64,000 nucleotides of DNA. It comes from Rhodospirillales bacterium (GTDB taxonomy: Bacteria; Pseudomonadota; Alphaproteobacteria; Rhodospirillales; UBA2165). The stretch spans positions 2,370,971 to 2,434,970 of the forward strand of contig OZ243926.1 in assembly GCA_965213765.1 (NCBI GenBank). Direction: 5' to 3'. This document shows positions 8,875-17,754 of the stretch, piece after piece (position 1 is the stretch's first letter; each line of letters starts with the position of its first letter). The translations under genes and the position numbers were made by a program. The notes under the pieces are model-generated. The model was not told the DNA's origin. It worked only from the letters and a program-made list of their open reading frames with translations, and ran no database searches.

Positions 8875-9243
8875 TCAGTCGGTCTCGGACACGGCGACGC
8901 GCAGCCGGCCGCCGGTGGGAGAGCGCGGCTGGCGGATAACGATGTCGATATCGCGGTTGAGAGCAATCAGGAGCCCCAGCAACCGCTCCAGCGAATACTC
9001 CCGGATATCTCCGCGGAGCAGACGGGAGATTTCGGGCTGGGAGAGGCCGAGCAGCCGTCCCGCTTCGGCCTGGGTGAGGTCGCGCTGCCGGATGATATCG
9101 TCGATGCGGGCGACCAGCTCGGCTTTCACGATGTGCGCGTCGGTGTCCGGGAGGTCGGGATCGGCGGAGATGTCGCCGCCGCCGGGTTCGATGGGAATGT
9201 CGGATACGGTCATGGGACGAGCCTCATTCATGGGTGTCGCCAT
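8875..9243 (-). CDS. XRE-family helix-turn-helix regulator (antitoxin-like)
   Basis: LTQAEAGRLLGLSQPEISRLLRGDIREYSLERLLGLL is a typical HTH_XRE / HigA2-like C-terminal domain. Confidence 0.8.
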   Translation of the reverse strand: MATPMNEARPMTVSDIPIEPGGGDISADPDLPDTDAHIVKAELVARIDDIIRQRDLTQAEAGRLLGLSQPEISRLLRGDIREYSLERLLGLLIALNRDIDIVIRQPRSPTGGRLRVAVSETD

Positions 9244-9403
9244 CGTGATGCGTTACAACCTCCAGCACGCCGGTACCGAAGTCCCGGAGCGGCTTGAGTA
9301 CATAGGGGACTGTGAGCATAATAAACCCACCCCCATATATTTACACTCCCCCTTCCCATATATGCTAACAGAATTTGAAACTTGTTCGTGGAGAACCGAT
9401 GAC

Positions 9404-9943
9404 ATGAAAAAACAACGGCTCATCCAATCGACATGGGATGAATTCTCGAGAAAATTTGCCAAGCGGCAAAGACTACCTCTAGGCACCGAGTTGCACCTGT
9501 ATGATGGCAGTGGCAGAAAGAAGCGCTCGGACTGGCAGGTCAAATGGAAAAAGGTCGATTCAGTACCCAAAGCCGCCGAGAACGAGACCGTGCACAGTTT
9601 GCTCCAAACGGCGACCAAATTGCTTTCGACCGACATCAAAGCTCGCCGTTTGAAAATCCGTTTGGTGTGCCCACAAGGGGTTCGGATACAGGGCAACACG
9701 CAGGTAGGGACTGTCCGCAAGTTACGTCGTCACCGCACAGGAGACGAGCTTGAGGAAGAAGCGCAACGAGAACTGGAAATTAAGCACCTTCGTCGAGAAA
9801 CGGGAAAGGTCGCAAGCAACGAGATCAATGAGGCTGAATACCTCCTTGAAGACCCTGAAGAGGTAGTTCCCCACGCTTACGTGTCGGCGCTGTGCGAGCG
9901 TTACGGACGCGAGCGTATCGAAGGAGCATTGGAAGCCGTCTGA
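9404..9943 (+). CDS. Hypothetical 179-aa protein in a low-GC pocket
   Basis: ATG 9404 with GTGGAGA upstream (MKKQRLIQSTWDEF...). It is the 3' part of the spurious 644-aa ORF 8009..9943. Divergent from the XRE gene. Confidence 0.6.
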   Translation: MKKQRLIQSTWDEFSRKFAKRQRLPLGTELHLYDGSGRKKRSDWQVKWKKVDSVPKAAENETVHSLLQTATKLLSTDIKARRLKIRLVCPQGVRIQGNTQVGTVRKLRRHRTGDELEEEAQRELEIKHLRRETGKVASNEINEAEYLLEDPEEVVPHAYVSALCERYGRERIEGALEAV

Positions 9944-10105
9944 GACGTGGTGGTGCTATATCCGGACACTGATTGGCCTTGTTCATTGGCTACCGACATT
10001 CTTGGTGGGAGCTCCTGCGGTGGGGCGGGACCGGTAGCCGGCCGGAGGGCCATACGCATGTCGGAACGGGCTGGAGTGTCCGTTGCCGGCAGACGACGGG
10101 CCGGC

Positions 10106-11158
10106 TCACCAGGGCGGTGCGATCATCGCCGCCATGGGACTCGCGTTGCACAGCACCTCGACCTCGTCCCGCGCCAGCTTCTCGAAGGCGAGGCAGAGCG
10201 CGACATCGGCCTCGCTGTCATAGGTGCCGAGATCCCGGCCGGTGGCGATCTCGATCACCGTCCAGGTGGGATCCCAGACCGGGATGCCTTGGAATGCGCC
10301 CGAGCTCTCCCGGTGCCTGCGCGAACAGGGCTCGCAGCGCGCCACCCCCGGCGATGGCGCATTGCAGGCGACGCATCGGCCTCGGGCCTTCCGGTCGGCA
10401 TAGCGGGCACGCTTGGCGGCGTATTCCGCCTCTCTGTCGCGGCGTTCCTCCTTGGCCACGGCGCAAGGGCCGCAGTAGGTGGCGCCGCCATAGGTAGGGG
10501 TTTGGCACTTGACGCACACCCCGGCGGCCCGTCGGGCATCGTAGCGGGCGCGGGCGACCTCGCGGCAGGCCCGGCACTCGGCCGCCCCGTGGGCCGGCTT
10601 GCCGCATGATGTGCATGCGGCGCGGGCGCGCCGCTCGGAATATCTGCGGCGGTCGGCGTCGCGCTTCGCCTTGAGGTTCCGGCGCCTGGAGCGGGTCTTG
10701 GCGCAGGGATCGCAATAGGCCTTGCCGCCGGGCGCGGGCGTCGCGCACTGGACACACAAACCAGCAGCCCTGCGTTCGGCATGGAGAGCGCGTTTCGCGG
10801 CCCGGCGGTCCTCGCGGCAGGTTTCGCACATCGACCGGCCCTCCTCGGGCGGGACATGCCCGCAGCGGACGCATAACCCGGCGGCCCGGCGGGTCTCGGC
10901 CCGCCGGAGGCTGCGCTTCCGACCGGCCAGGCGCCGGGCTTCCGGGTCGCGTCCGCCATATGGGATCCCCTCGGCCTTTGCCCTGGCGTGACGGGCGCGG
11001 TCCCCGGCCCGGTGCTTCCCGGCGCAGGGCTCGCAGGTCGTGCGCCCGGGTCGTGCGGGAGCTTTGCACTTGGTGCAGATACCGGCGGCCTTGCGCCGGG
11101 CGACACGCTCGCGGTCGCGGTCGCGCTGACGGCGAACCTTGGGGTCCCGATAGGCCAT
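10106..11158 (-). CDS. Protein with six tandem CxxC-X7-11-CxxC zinc-ribbon repeats plus a unique C-terminal domain
   Basis: Start MAYRDPKV with a GGAGG RBS. Repeats of the form RRAAG(L/V)C(V)xC..P....G...C.xC followed by Arg-rich linkers. Confidence 0.75.
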   Translation of the reverse strand: MAYRDPKVRRQRDRDRERVARRKAAGICTKCKAPARPGRTTCEPCAGKHRAGDRARHARAKAEGIPYGGRDPEARRLAGRKRSLRRAETRRAAGLCVRCGHVPPEEGRSMCETCREDRRAAKRALHAERRAAGLCVQCATPAPGGKAYCDPCAKTRSRRRNLKAKRDADRRRYSERRARAACTSCGKPAHGAAECRACREVARARYDARRAAGVCVKCQTPTYGGATYCGPCAVAKEERRDREAEYAAKRARYADRKARGRCVACNAPSPGVARCEPCSRRHRESSGAFQGIPVWDPTWTVIEIATGRDLGTYDSEADVALCLAFEKLARDEVEVLCNASPMAAMIAPPW

Positions 11159-11322
11159 TGGCCGCCTCCATGGATAAGAAAATGAGGAAGTGTGGACGCC
11201 CGGTCGCCGGCCCAGCCCTCCGCGCAGCTGCGGGATGTCCCGAAGCCCGGGAGCCGGGACAGGCTTCACCACGAGCCGGAGGCCGGACAACAGGATGTCC
11301 GTAGGCCGGGAAAGGGGGGCGG

Positions 11323-11649
11323 TCAGCCCTTCTGGCGGCGGTCGTGGAACAGGCCCGAGGCGATGTCGCCCCAAATTTGGACGCCGCCCCGGGTCTTCAG
11401 CCCGGTGCAGACGATGATCTCGGTGCGCGCGGGACGCAGTTCCTTCACCGCCTTCAGCGTCGCGGTGACCGCCTTCGCCTTGCGGCGCCTGCCGCCCTTC
11501 GGTGTGTCCGTGCAGCGGCGAATGTTGCCGTCCGCCATCGCCCGGTACCGCTCGATCACATAGCGGTCGTCGTCGGCCAAGCCGGGTCCGAAGATATGGG
11601 TTAGGAAAGTCGCCGCCGTGTTGCCGGGTATCGCCAGTGCTGCCGTCAT
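11323..11649 (-). CDS. Hypothetical protein
   Basis: MTAALAIPGNTAATFLTHIFGPG.. with a GGAGA RBS; co-oriented with the zinc-ribbon gene. Confidence 0.45.
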   Translation of the reverse strand: MTAALAIPGNTAATFLTHIFGPGLADDDRYVIERYRAMADGNIRRCTDTPKGGRRRKAKAVTATLKAVKELRPARTEIIVCTGLKTRGGVQIWGDIASGLFHDRRQKG

Positions 11650-11828
11650 GGGGCCGTCTCCATCTTGCCGATGAGGGAAAACGCGGCCGGACGCCCTCCC
11701 CCGGGCATCCAACCGCCGCCCCGCTCACGGCCGAGGCTCTCCTCTCGGCGGCGCGGGGCGAAGGTTTGCGCCCTGGGGGTCGTATTCCATGACGGCAACG
11801 GGCCGTCGGCGCTCGCGGCGGCAGCGAC

Positions 11829-11857
11829 TTGATTGATGTAGCACCCGGTGCTATATC
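11829..11857 (+). promoter_or_regulatory. Sigma-70-like promoter with an embedded palindromic operator for the toxin-antitoxin pair
   Basis: TTGATT, 17-nt spacer, TATATC. The spacer contains the perfect 7-1-7 palindrome tagcacc c ggtgcta (11839-11853). Confidence 0.5.
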
Positions 11858-11892
11858 GTCCGGCATGATGGAATGCGCTCGAGAGGTGCGTG

Positions 11893-12086
11893 TTGCGCAC
11901 GTTCAAGACCAAGCCTTTCGCGCGCTTCGCCAGTCGCGAGGGGATAACCTCCGGGGCGGCGAACTCGGGGCGCTGAAGGCGCTGGCGGACCGGTTGCTCG
12001 GACTGGACTGGCCGGGCCTGGAAGCGATGCTGGCGAACGGAACGATTAGCGAGGTGAATTGCGATGCCCAGACAATACGGGAGTGA
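11893..12086 (+). pseudogene. Decayed RelE/ParE-superfamily toxin (internal deletion plus frameshift)
   Basis: The frame starting TTG 11893 gives LRTFKTKPFARFASREGIT.. then a stop. A second frame gives ..ELGALKALADRLLGLDWPGLEAMLANGTISEV. About 50 central residues of the family are absent. Confidence 0.6.
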
Positions 12087-12381
12087 CGTGCTGGCGTCGG
12101 TGCATGAGACCGCGCTCGGAATGACGGAGGCGGGCGTCATGTCGAAACGGACGATGAAGGCGTTCGACGAGATGTGTCTGACACCGGTCGAGGACATGGC
12201 ACCGGAGCGGATTCGCGAGATCCGGCTGCGCGAGAACGCGAGCCAGGCGGTGTTCGCGCGCTACCTCAACGTGACGAAGGGTCTGGTTAGTCAATGGGAG
12301 CGTGGCGAGAAGCACCCGCGAGGCGCCTCCTTGAAGCTCCTGACGCTGGTGGCGAAGAACGGCCTCGGGGCGGTCGCCTGA
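12064..12381 (+). CDS. HTH antitoxin (MqsA/YiaG-like DNA-binding protein)
   Basis: ..MSKRTMKAFDEMCLTPVEDMAPERIREIRLRENASQAVFARYLNVTKGLVSQWERGEKHPRGASLKLL.. Overlaps the end of the toxin remnant. Confidence 0.8.
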   Translation: MPRQYGSDVLASVHETALGMTEAGVMSKRTMKAFDEMCLTPVEDMAPERIREIRLRENASQAVFARYLNVTKGLVSQWERGEKHPRGASLKLLTLVAKNGLGAVA

Positions 12382-12496
12382 CGGACATCGGCCGGCGGGT
12401 CGCCGTGTTGCGACAGTGTTGATACGCGACATGAAAAACCCTGCACACCGAAAATAATACAATAATTACAGCATATTATGGTCTAGAGAATCTCCT

Positions 12497-13015
12497 TCAT
12501 GAATGTTCAAGAAGCATCCGCCGAAATGGCTCAAGAGCACCGCGAAATCCGACGACGTCCTCATCGCGTCCCGCCTGCGCCTCCTCAAGGCTGCACCCAA
12601 GACGGGCCTCGCGGGTCCGGCGGTAGTGTTCCCGGTCATCCGGGTGTACATGGTCCAATACGTCCCTGGTAATCAACGGCAGGAGTACCGGGTAGAGTGC
12701 GGCCGGCACCCAGGCATTGAGGAAACTCGCAAGCGCCCAACTTCCGCGGTCGGGAAACAACAAGCCTTCGGACGGCCAGACCCGCTCGAGATAATTGGCG
12801 ATTTCCCAGCTGTCGCACACGACGGAATCGCCATGTTTCAACACCGGCGCCAACCGGTAATCGGTCCAACCCTCCAGAGCGGATTTGTCCAGAAACGTCG
12901 TACCGACGACCTCGTAGTCCAGCTTCTTATGCGCCAGGGCCAGTTTCGTGCGCCAGACGTAGGGGCTGAACCTGAAGTTGTCCCGGCCGAGAAAATCGCA
13001 GAGCGTGATTTGCAA
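12497..13015 (-). pseudogene. Glutathione S-transferase family gene, apparently 3'-truncated
   Basis: A GST N-domain plus part of the C-domain. It ends at ..LEPFRRMLLEHS, where family members normally continue for about 50 more residues. An AT-rich junction follows at 12382-12496. Confidence 0.6.
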
Positions 13016-13043
13016 GATGATGCTTCCGGTTCCGGGGTCCCGC

Positions 13044-14039
13044 TTACGCGAGAACCCTCCTTGTGGAAACCGCCATTCCCGGCCGCCGGTCTTCCTGGGG
13101 AGATTTGCCGAACTCGGTTTTGTAGGTACGGGAGAAATGCTCCAGGCTTCCGAAACCGCTCGCCACCGCCACTTCGATTAACGGCAGTTCGGATTGCAGC
13201 AGGAGGCGCCTGGCGTGGAGCAATCTGATATGACGGTAGTAGCGGACTGCGGATGTCTTTACGTGCTCCTTGAACATCCTTTCGAGTTGACGCTGAGAGA
13301 TACCCACCTGGGCGGCCAACCTGGATATTGGAATTGGGTCCTCTATGTTGCCTTCCATCAGATCCACAACCCGAAGAACGCGGGGGTTTGTAATTCCGAG
13401 ACGGAATCGGGTCGACGTTCTTTGGTTATTCTCCGCATTCCGGATTTCGCCCATGATGAACTGATCGGAAACCTCCGCGGCCACGTTGTGACCGAAATGG
13501 ACACTAATCAGATGAAGCACCAAATCCATTGCGGCCGTTCCACCCGCGCAGGTAAATCGATCACGGTCAATTTCGAACAGATTCCGGGTCGCCTCAACCC
13601 GCGGATAGGTCTCGATGAAACTGTCAAGAAACTGCCAATGGATGGTCGCCCGATATCCATCCAACAGGCCGGCTTCCGCGAGGAAGATGGAGCCCGCCCC
13701 CAGTGCGCCAAGATGGGCACCCTTGCTGTCCAGCATCCGCAGCCATGATTTTACGGGCGCCCTTACCGACAGGACCGGTTCGAACCCAACGCAGCAAATC
13801 GCATTGGGGAAATAGCCCGCCTCCTTCAGGGAACAGTCGGCAACGATGGACATTCCGTTGATGGCCTCCACCGGCTGGCCGTCCCGGGAAATGAAGGTCC
13901 ACTCAAAAAGCCTTTCGTCGCAGATCCGATTGGCCATTCGAAGGGGGTCGATGGCGTTTATGAACGGAACGATCGAAAACTTCTGAGCCAGATAGATCCC
14001 GATTTTGATGGGCCCGGTGGTGTCGGTCACTTTCAACAT
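13044..14039 (-). CDS. GlxA-family transcriptional regulator (DJ-1/PfpI-like domain plus AraC HTH)
   Basis: ..GAGSIFLAEAGLLDG..ATIHW.. N-terminal domain; C-terminal ISQRQLERMFK..VAVASGFGSLEHFSRTYK. Confidence 0.9.
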   Translation of the reverse strand: MLKVTDTTGPIKIGIYLAQKFSIVPFINAIDPLRMANRICDERLFEWTFISRDGQPVEAINGMSIVADCSLKEAGYFPNAICCVGFEPVLSVRAPVKSWLRMLDSKGAHLGALGAGSIFLAEAGLLDGYRATIHWQFLDSFIETYPRVEATRNLFEIDRDRFTCAGGTAAMDLVLHLISVHFGHNVAAEVSDQFIMGEIRNAENNQRTSTRFRLGITNPRVLRVVDLMEGNIEDPIPISRLAAQVGISQRQLERMFKEHVKTSAVRYYRHIRLLHARRLLLQSELPLIEVAVASGFGSLEHFSRTYKTEFGKSPQEDRRPGMAVSTRRVLA

Positions 14040-14101
14040 AAACGCATTTGTCCGAGAACGGTCGCTGGTTTACTGGTCGATCTTATCCCCGAACTTCTCC
14101 G

Positions 14102-15412
14102 CTAGCGCGTATCCATCGTCGACGGAAGCCAGGTTGCGATTTCCGGAAAAATCGTCAGAAGGACGACGCCGACGATCATAAGGCAAAAGAACGGGATGGT
14201 TGCCCGCGCAACCTTGAAGATGCTTATGCCCGTCAGCCCTTGGATAACGAACAAATTGAACCCGAGCGGCGGCGTAATTTGCGCCATTTCGACCACAATG
14301 ATTACGAAGATGCCGAACCAAATTAGGTCGAAGCCGGCCGACGTCACCAGTGGAAGCACAACGGTGGTGGTCAACACGATCATGGATATTCCCTCGATAA
14401 AGCAGCCCAGCACGATATAGAGCAGGCACAAAGCCGCCATGAGAGCAAAGGGGTGCAGGTTGAAGGCTCCGATCCAACTCGCGAGCGCCGCCGGCAGGCC
14501 CGAAAACGCCAAAGACGTCGTGAGGAATGCGGCGCCCGTGAGGATAAAGAAAATCATGCAGGTCAGCCTCGTCGCGCCGAGCAGACTTTCCGAAAACGTC
14601 TTCCAGTTAAGCGTACCCGTCCAGGCGGATAACAGGAGAGCGCCAATGACGCCGCCGGCGGCAGCCTCCGTCGCAGTGGCAATTCCGAGATAGATCGAAC
14701 CGATCACGGCGGCGATCAGCAGGACCACGGGGATCAATCCTTTCGAACGCCGCAATTTTTCCCGAAAACTGATTTTCAAATTATCCAAGGGGACGCCGCC
14801 GGTCTTAAAAACCGCCGACAAACCGATATAGCCCATGAACAATGCGATCAGCATGAGACCGGGAAACACCCCGGCCAGAAACAGCCTGACAATCGAGACG
14901 TCGGCGGCCACGCCGTAAACAATCATGATGATCGACGGCGGTATCAACAAACCCAACGTTCCCGACCCGGCCAAACTGCCGATGCTCAAATTTTGGTCGT
15001 AGCCCTGTTGCTTGAGCTCGGGCAGTGACATGCGGCCGATCGTGGCGACGGTCGCAGCCGAAGAGCCGCAGACCGCCGCAAAGATTCCACACCCGACCAC
15101 ATTCACATGCATCAGCCTTCCCGGCAGCCATCGCACCCAAGGGGCCACGCCTCGAAACAGGGTTTCCGAGAGCCGGGCCCGAAACAGGATCTCTCCCATC
15201 CATATGAAGAGGGGCAGGGCGGCCAACGTCCAGGAAGCCATGGTCCCCCACACCGACGTCGCCAGCGATTTCTCGACCGGCACCGTCCCGAAGAACGTCA
15301 GGCCGATCCAGCCGACCCCTAAAAGGGAAAGGGCGATCCACAGCCCGGATCCCAGAAACAGTGCGAGGAAAATGACCAGGGTCACTGCTATTTGAGTGAG
15401 TTCGGGGGTCAT
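14102..15412 (-). CDS. TRAP transporter large permease (DctM family)
   Basis: 436-aa polytopic membrane protein with typical DctM sequence (SSAATVATIG, GTLGLLIPPS). Confidence 0.95.
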   Translation of the reverse strand: MTPELTQIAVTLVIFLALFLGSGLWIALSLLGVGWIGLTFFGTVPVEKSLATSVWGTMASWTLAALPLFIWMGEILFRARLSETLFRGVAPWVRWLPGRLMHVNVVGCGIFAAVCGSSAATVATIGRMSLPELKQQGYDQNLSIGSLAGSGTLGLLIPPSIIMIVYGVAADVSIVRLFLAGVFPGLMLIALFMGYIGLSAVFKTGGVPLDNLKISFREKLRRSKGLIPVVLLIAAVIGSIYLGIATATEAAAGGVIGALLLSAWTGTLNWKTFSESLLGATRLTCMIFFILTGAAFLTTSLAFSGLPAALASWIGAFNLHPFALMAALCLLYIVLGCFIEGISMIVLTTTVVLPLVTSAGFDLIWFGIFVIIVVEMAQITPPLGFNLFVIQGLTGISIFKVARATIPFFCLMIVGVVLLTIFPEIATWLPSTMDTR

Positions 15413-15424
15413 GATCTTGCCCTG

Positions 15425-15955
15425 CTAATCCAGGTTTTCCACCGAGCCGCCCAGAAATTCGCTCTCGACCATATAGGGCGGCGTTTGTCCCCGAAGAGAG
15501 GCGATCACATCGTCCAACACGGCGATGGTCAACAGGAGTGAACCGAGACCAATGGAGATTTGAGGAATCCAGATGGGAATCACGATCAGGCCCTGGGATA
15601 GTTCCTCGAACCGCAAGGAGTCCCAAGCCATATCGAAGGCCGAGAAAGTCAGGAATCCGATGAAATAGAGCGCGACCACCATGACGCCCAGCTCCATGAG
15701 CCGGCGCGCCATTCCATCGAAAAGGTGGATTACGACCGTTACACGAATGTGGCTGCCGTGCCGGTAAGTATAGGCCAGAGGGAGGAAGCCGGTCGCGACA
15801 ACGCTCCAGGCGGTCAGATCATCGGCCCCTTTTACCTGAATGCCCAGCTCCCGGCCGATCACCTGGGCACAGATGAGCAACCCGATAATGACGATAAAAA
15901 AGGCGGCTAGGACCCCCCCGGCGAAATACAAGAAATCCAGGGTTCTTCTGACCAT
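15425..15955 (-). CDS. TRAP transporter small permease (DctQ family)
   Basis: 176-aa four-TM protein directly upstream of the DctM gene. Confidence 0.9.
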   Translation of the reverse strand: MVRRTLDFLYFAGGVLAAFFIVIIGLLICAQVIGRELGIQVKGADDLTAWSVVATGFLPLAYTYRHGSHIRVTVVIHLFDGMARRLMELGVMVVALYFIGFLTFSAFDMAWDSLRFEELSQGLIVIPIWIPQISIGLGSLLLTIAVLDDVIASLRGQTPPYMVESEFLGGSVENLD

Positions 15956-16020
15956 GCCGCCCTCTGGTTATGGCGCCCGGCCGCGGCGCAGGGAGTCCCG
16001 CCGCGGCCGGGTCAACCTTT

Positions 16021-17001
16021 CTACTTCCCTAGCGCATTATAGGCGGCGATGAATTTCTTGCCACGGTCTCCTGCTTTGGCCAGCCACTCATCGACCATTT
16101 GGCTGCCGATTTTCTCGAGTTGAGCCAGGAATGCCGGATTCGGCGGCTCAACCTTCATGCCGTTCTTCGCCAAATTGGCGGTCAGACCCGCCTGAACATT
16201 AGCGCTCATGATCCAGCCACGGGCTTCCGCCTTGGCGGCCGCGCGCGTCACCGCACGTTTCGTGTTGGCATCGAGCCCATCGAAAGCACGGGCGTTCATG
16301 ATGACCATGTTCTTATTGTTCATGGCATTTACGTCGTAGTAGTGGGACGTGAAATCCCAGGCCTTCGTATAGTTGCCGGTCGCCGCCGACGTGATCATCG
16401 CGCTGACGACACCGGTGGCAAATGCCTGCGGGACTTCAGCGGACTGAACCGTGGTCGGAACGGCGCCCATCAGTTCGGCGAAGCGGGCGGTCAATGCGTT
16501 GTAGGCCCGGAACTTTACGCCCTTGTAGTCGCTGGTCGACGTGATTGGTTTCTTGGCGTACAGACCCTGGCCCGGCCACGGCACCGCAAACAGCGCCATG
16601 AGGCCTTGGGATTTCAGTTTGGCTTCGATATGCGGCAAGGTCAGTTCATACACTTCCCAGGCCGTCGGCTGTCCCTTGGAAAGAAACGGTATGCCGTCGA
16701 CCTCGAAGAACGGATCTTCCTTCCCGTAAGCGGAGAGCAGAATCTCCCCCAACTGGACCTGACTCGTCTGCACACCGCGCTTGATCTCCGGCATCTTGAG
16801 AAGCGAGGCGCCGGTATGGAGCGTGATGTTCAGCTTGCCACCCGAATCACGGGCGACATCCTTTGCAAAACGGGCGATATTCTGGGTGTGGAAGTTATTG
16901 TCCTTGTAGGCGGTCGCCATATTCCATTTGGTTTGAGCGTCCGCGGCAACCGTGCTGAGCGCAACTACGGCGGCAGCGGACATAGAGAGAATTTTCTTCA
17001 C
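16021..17001 (-). CDS. TRAP substrate-binding protein (DctP family)
   Basis: GTG 17001 with a GGGAGG RBS; signal peptide VKKILSMSAAAVVALSTVAADA; DctP-like body. Confidence 0.9.
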   Translation of the reverse strand: MKKILSMSAAAVVALSTVAADAQTKWNMATAYKDNNFHTQNIARFAKDVARDSGGKLNITLHTGASLLKMPEIKRGVQTSQVQLGEILLSAYGKEDPFFEVDGIPFLSKGQPTAWEVYELTLPHIEAKLKSQGLMALFAVPWPGQGLYAKKPITSTSDYKGVKFRAYNALTARFAELMGAVPTTVQSAEVPQAFATGVVSAMITSAATGNYTKAWDFTSHYYDVNAMNNKNMVIMNARAFDGLDANTKRAVTRAAAKAEARGWIMSANVQAGLTANLAKNGMKVEPPNPAFLAQLEKIGSQMVDEWLAKAGDRGKKFIAAYNALGK

Positions 17002-17262
17002 TTGAGCCTCCCGGGTGAAGGATTGAAGTTCACAAATTGAGGAACGGCCTCCGTCGCAGTTCCAAGATTCCCCAACTTGATGGGCACCAATGTCGCAATT
17101 CATGCCTGCTATCGAGTTCAAAGTATCCGAGCCTGCCCTTCGGGAGACATGACACAATTCGCCATTAATTGGACGATAATCGACATCGAACAGGCGGCTG
17201 CGTCAAGTGGAATTGGCGGCTTGTGTTGCCGCGGCGCAGACCGGGCTTCGTAGCCTTCAGCG

Positions 17263-17518
17263 ATGCAAAATCCATTTCGCTATTTCAATAGTTCACCCGA
17301 GGTGACTCGCCTCGCGGTTCCCATGTATATCCGATATCCGTTGTCGCTCCGGCAGGTCGAAGACTTACTCTTCGAACGTGGCATCGATATTTGCCGCGAT
17401 ACAGTTCGATATTGGTGGGACAGGTTCGGACCTGTGTTTACGGCCGAGATCAGAGGGCGCCGCATTCAACACCGGTCGCATTCAAACCGGCGTTGGCATT
17501 TAGATGAGGTGTTCGTTG
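17263..17518 (+). mobile_element. IS6-family transposase, N-terminal fragment
   Basis: FRYFNSSPEVTRLAVPMYIRYPLSLRQVEDLLFERGIDICRDTVRYWWDRFGPVF..WHLDEVFV, then an abrupt break at 17519. Confidence 0.8.
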
Positions 17519-17600
17519 GGCGTTGTCAGAGCAACCAGCATCAACTTGAGCAATCTGAAGGCACTGTGGTTCTAGCCGGCAAGTTGCCGCCATTCGGCTA
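17519..17600 (-). mobile_element. Terminal fragment of a second IS6-type element (IR plus transposase C-terminus, inverted)
   Basis: ggcgttgtcagagcaac resembles the IS6 IR at 18447-18462. The reverse complement of 17557-17600 encodes ..AALAEWRQLAG-stop. Confidence 0.55.
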
Positions 17601-17656
17601 ACGCTGCGGAGCGATGGGTCAGAATGCGCCAACTCTCTTAACAAACCTGGACCACT

Positions 17657-17701
17657 TTCAGGGGGTCACTCCAGGCACATTTTTGCGCCGCCGTTGACAC
17701 A
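17657..17701. repeat. IS21-like terminal inverted-repeat remnant
   Basis: The reverse complement tgtgtcaacggcggcgcaaaaa matches tgtgtcaacggcggagcaaaaa at 58331-58352, next to the IstB stub. Confidence 0.5.
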
Positions 17702-17754
17702 TGAGACCGGGCGCACAATCATTGTACGGACGGGATCGAGGAACGGAGGGCGAC

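Noticed and set aside
8009-9403. 5' two-thirds of the 644-aa ORF 8009..9943
   Set aside because: It runs antisense to the 57-aa ORF, the 84-aa ORF and the XRE gene. Composition is antisense-like, and only the low-GC 3' part from ATG 9404 looks coding.
10218-11171. Alternative-frame ORFs (317 aa and 283 aa) inside the zinc-ribbon gene
   Set aside because: They have the same extent as 10106..11158 but lack the regular CxxC periodicity. They are Pro/Arg/Gly-rich frame shadows.
16099-17040. 313-aa plus-strand ORF
   Set aside because: It is antisense to the DctP-family binding-protein gene.
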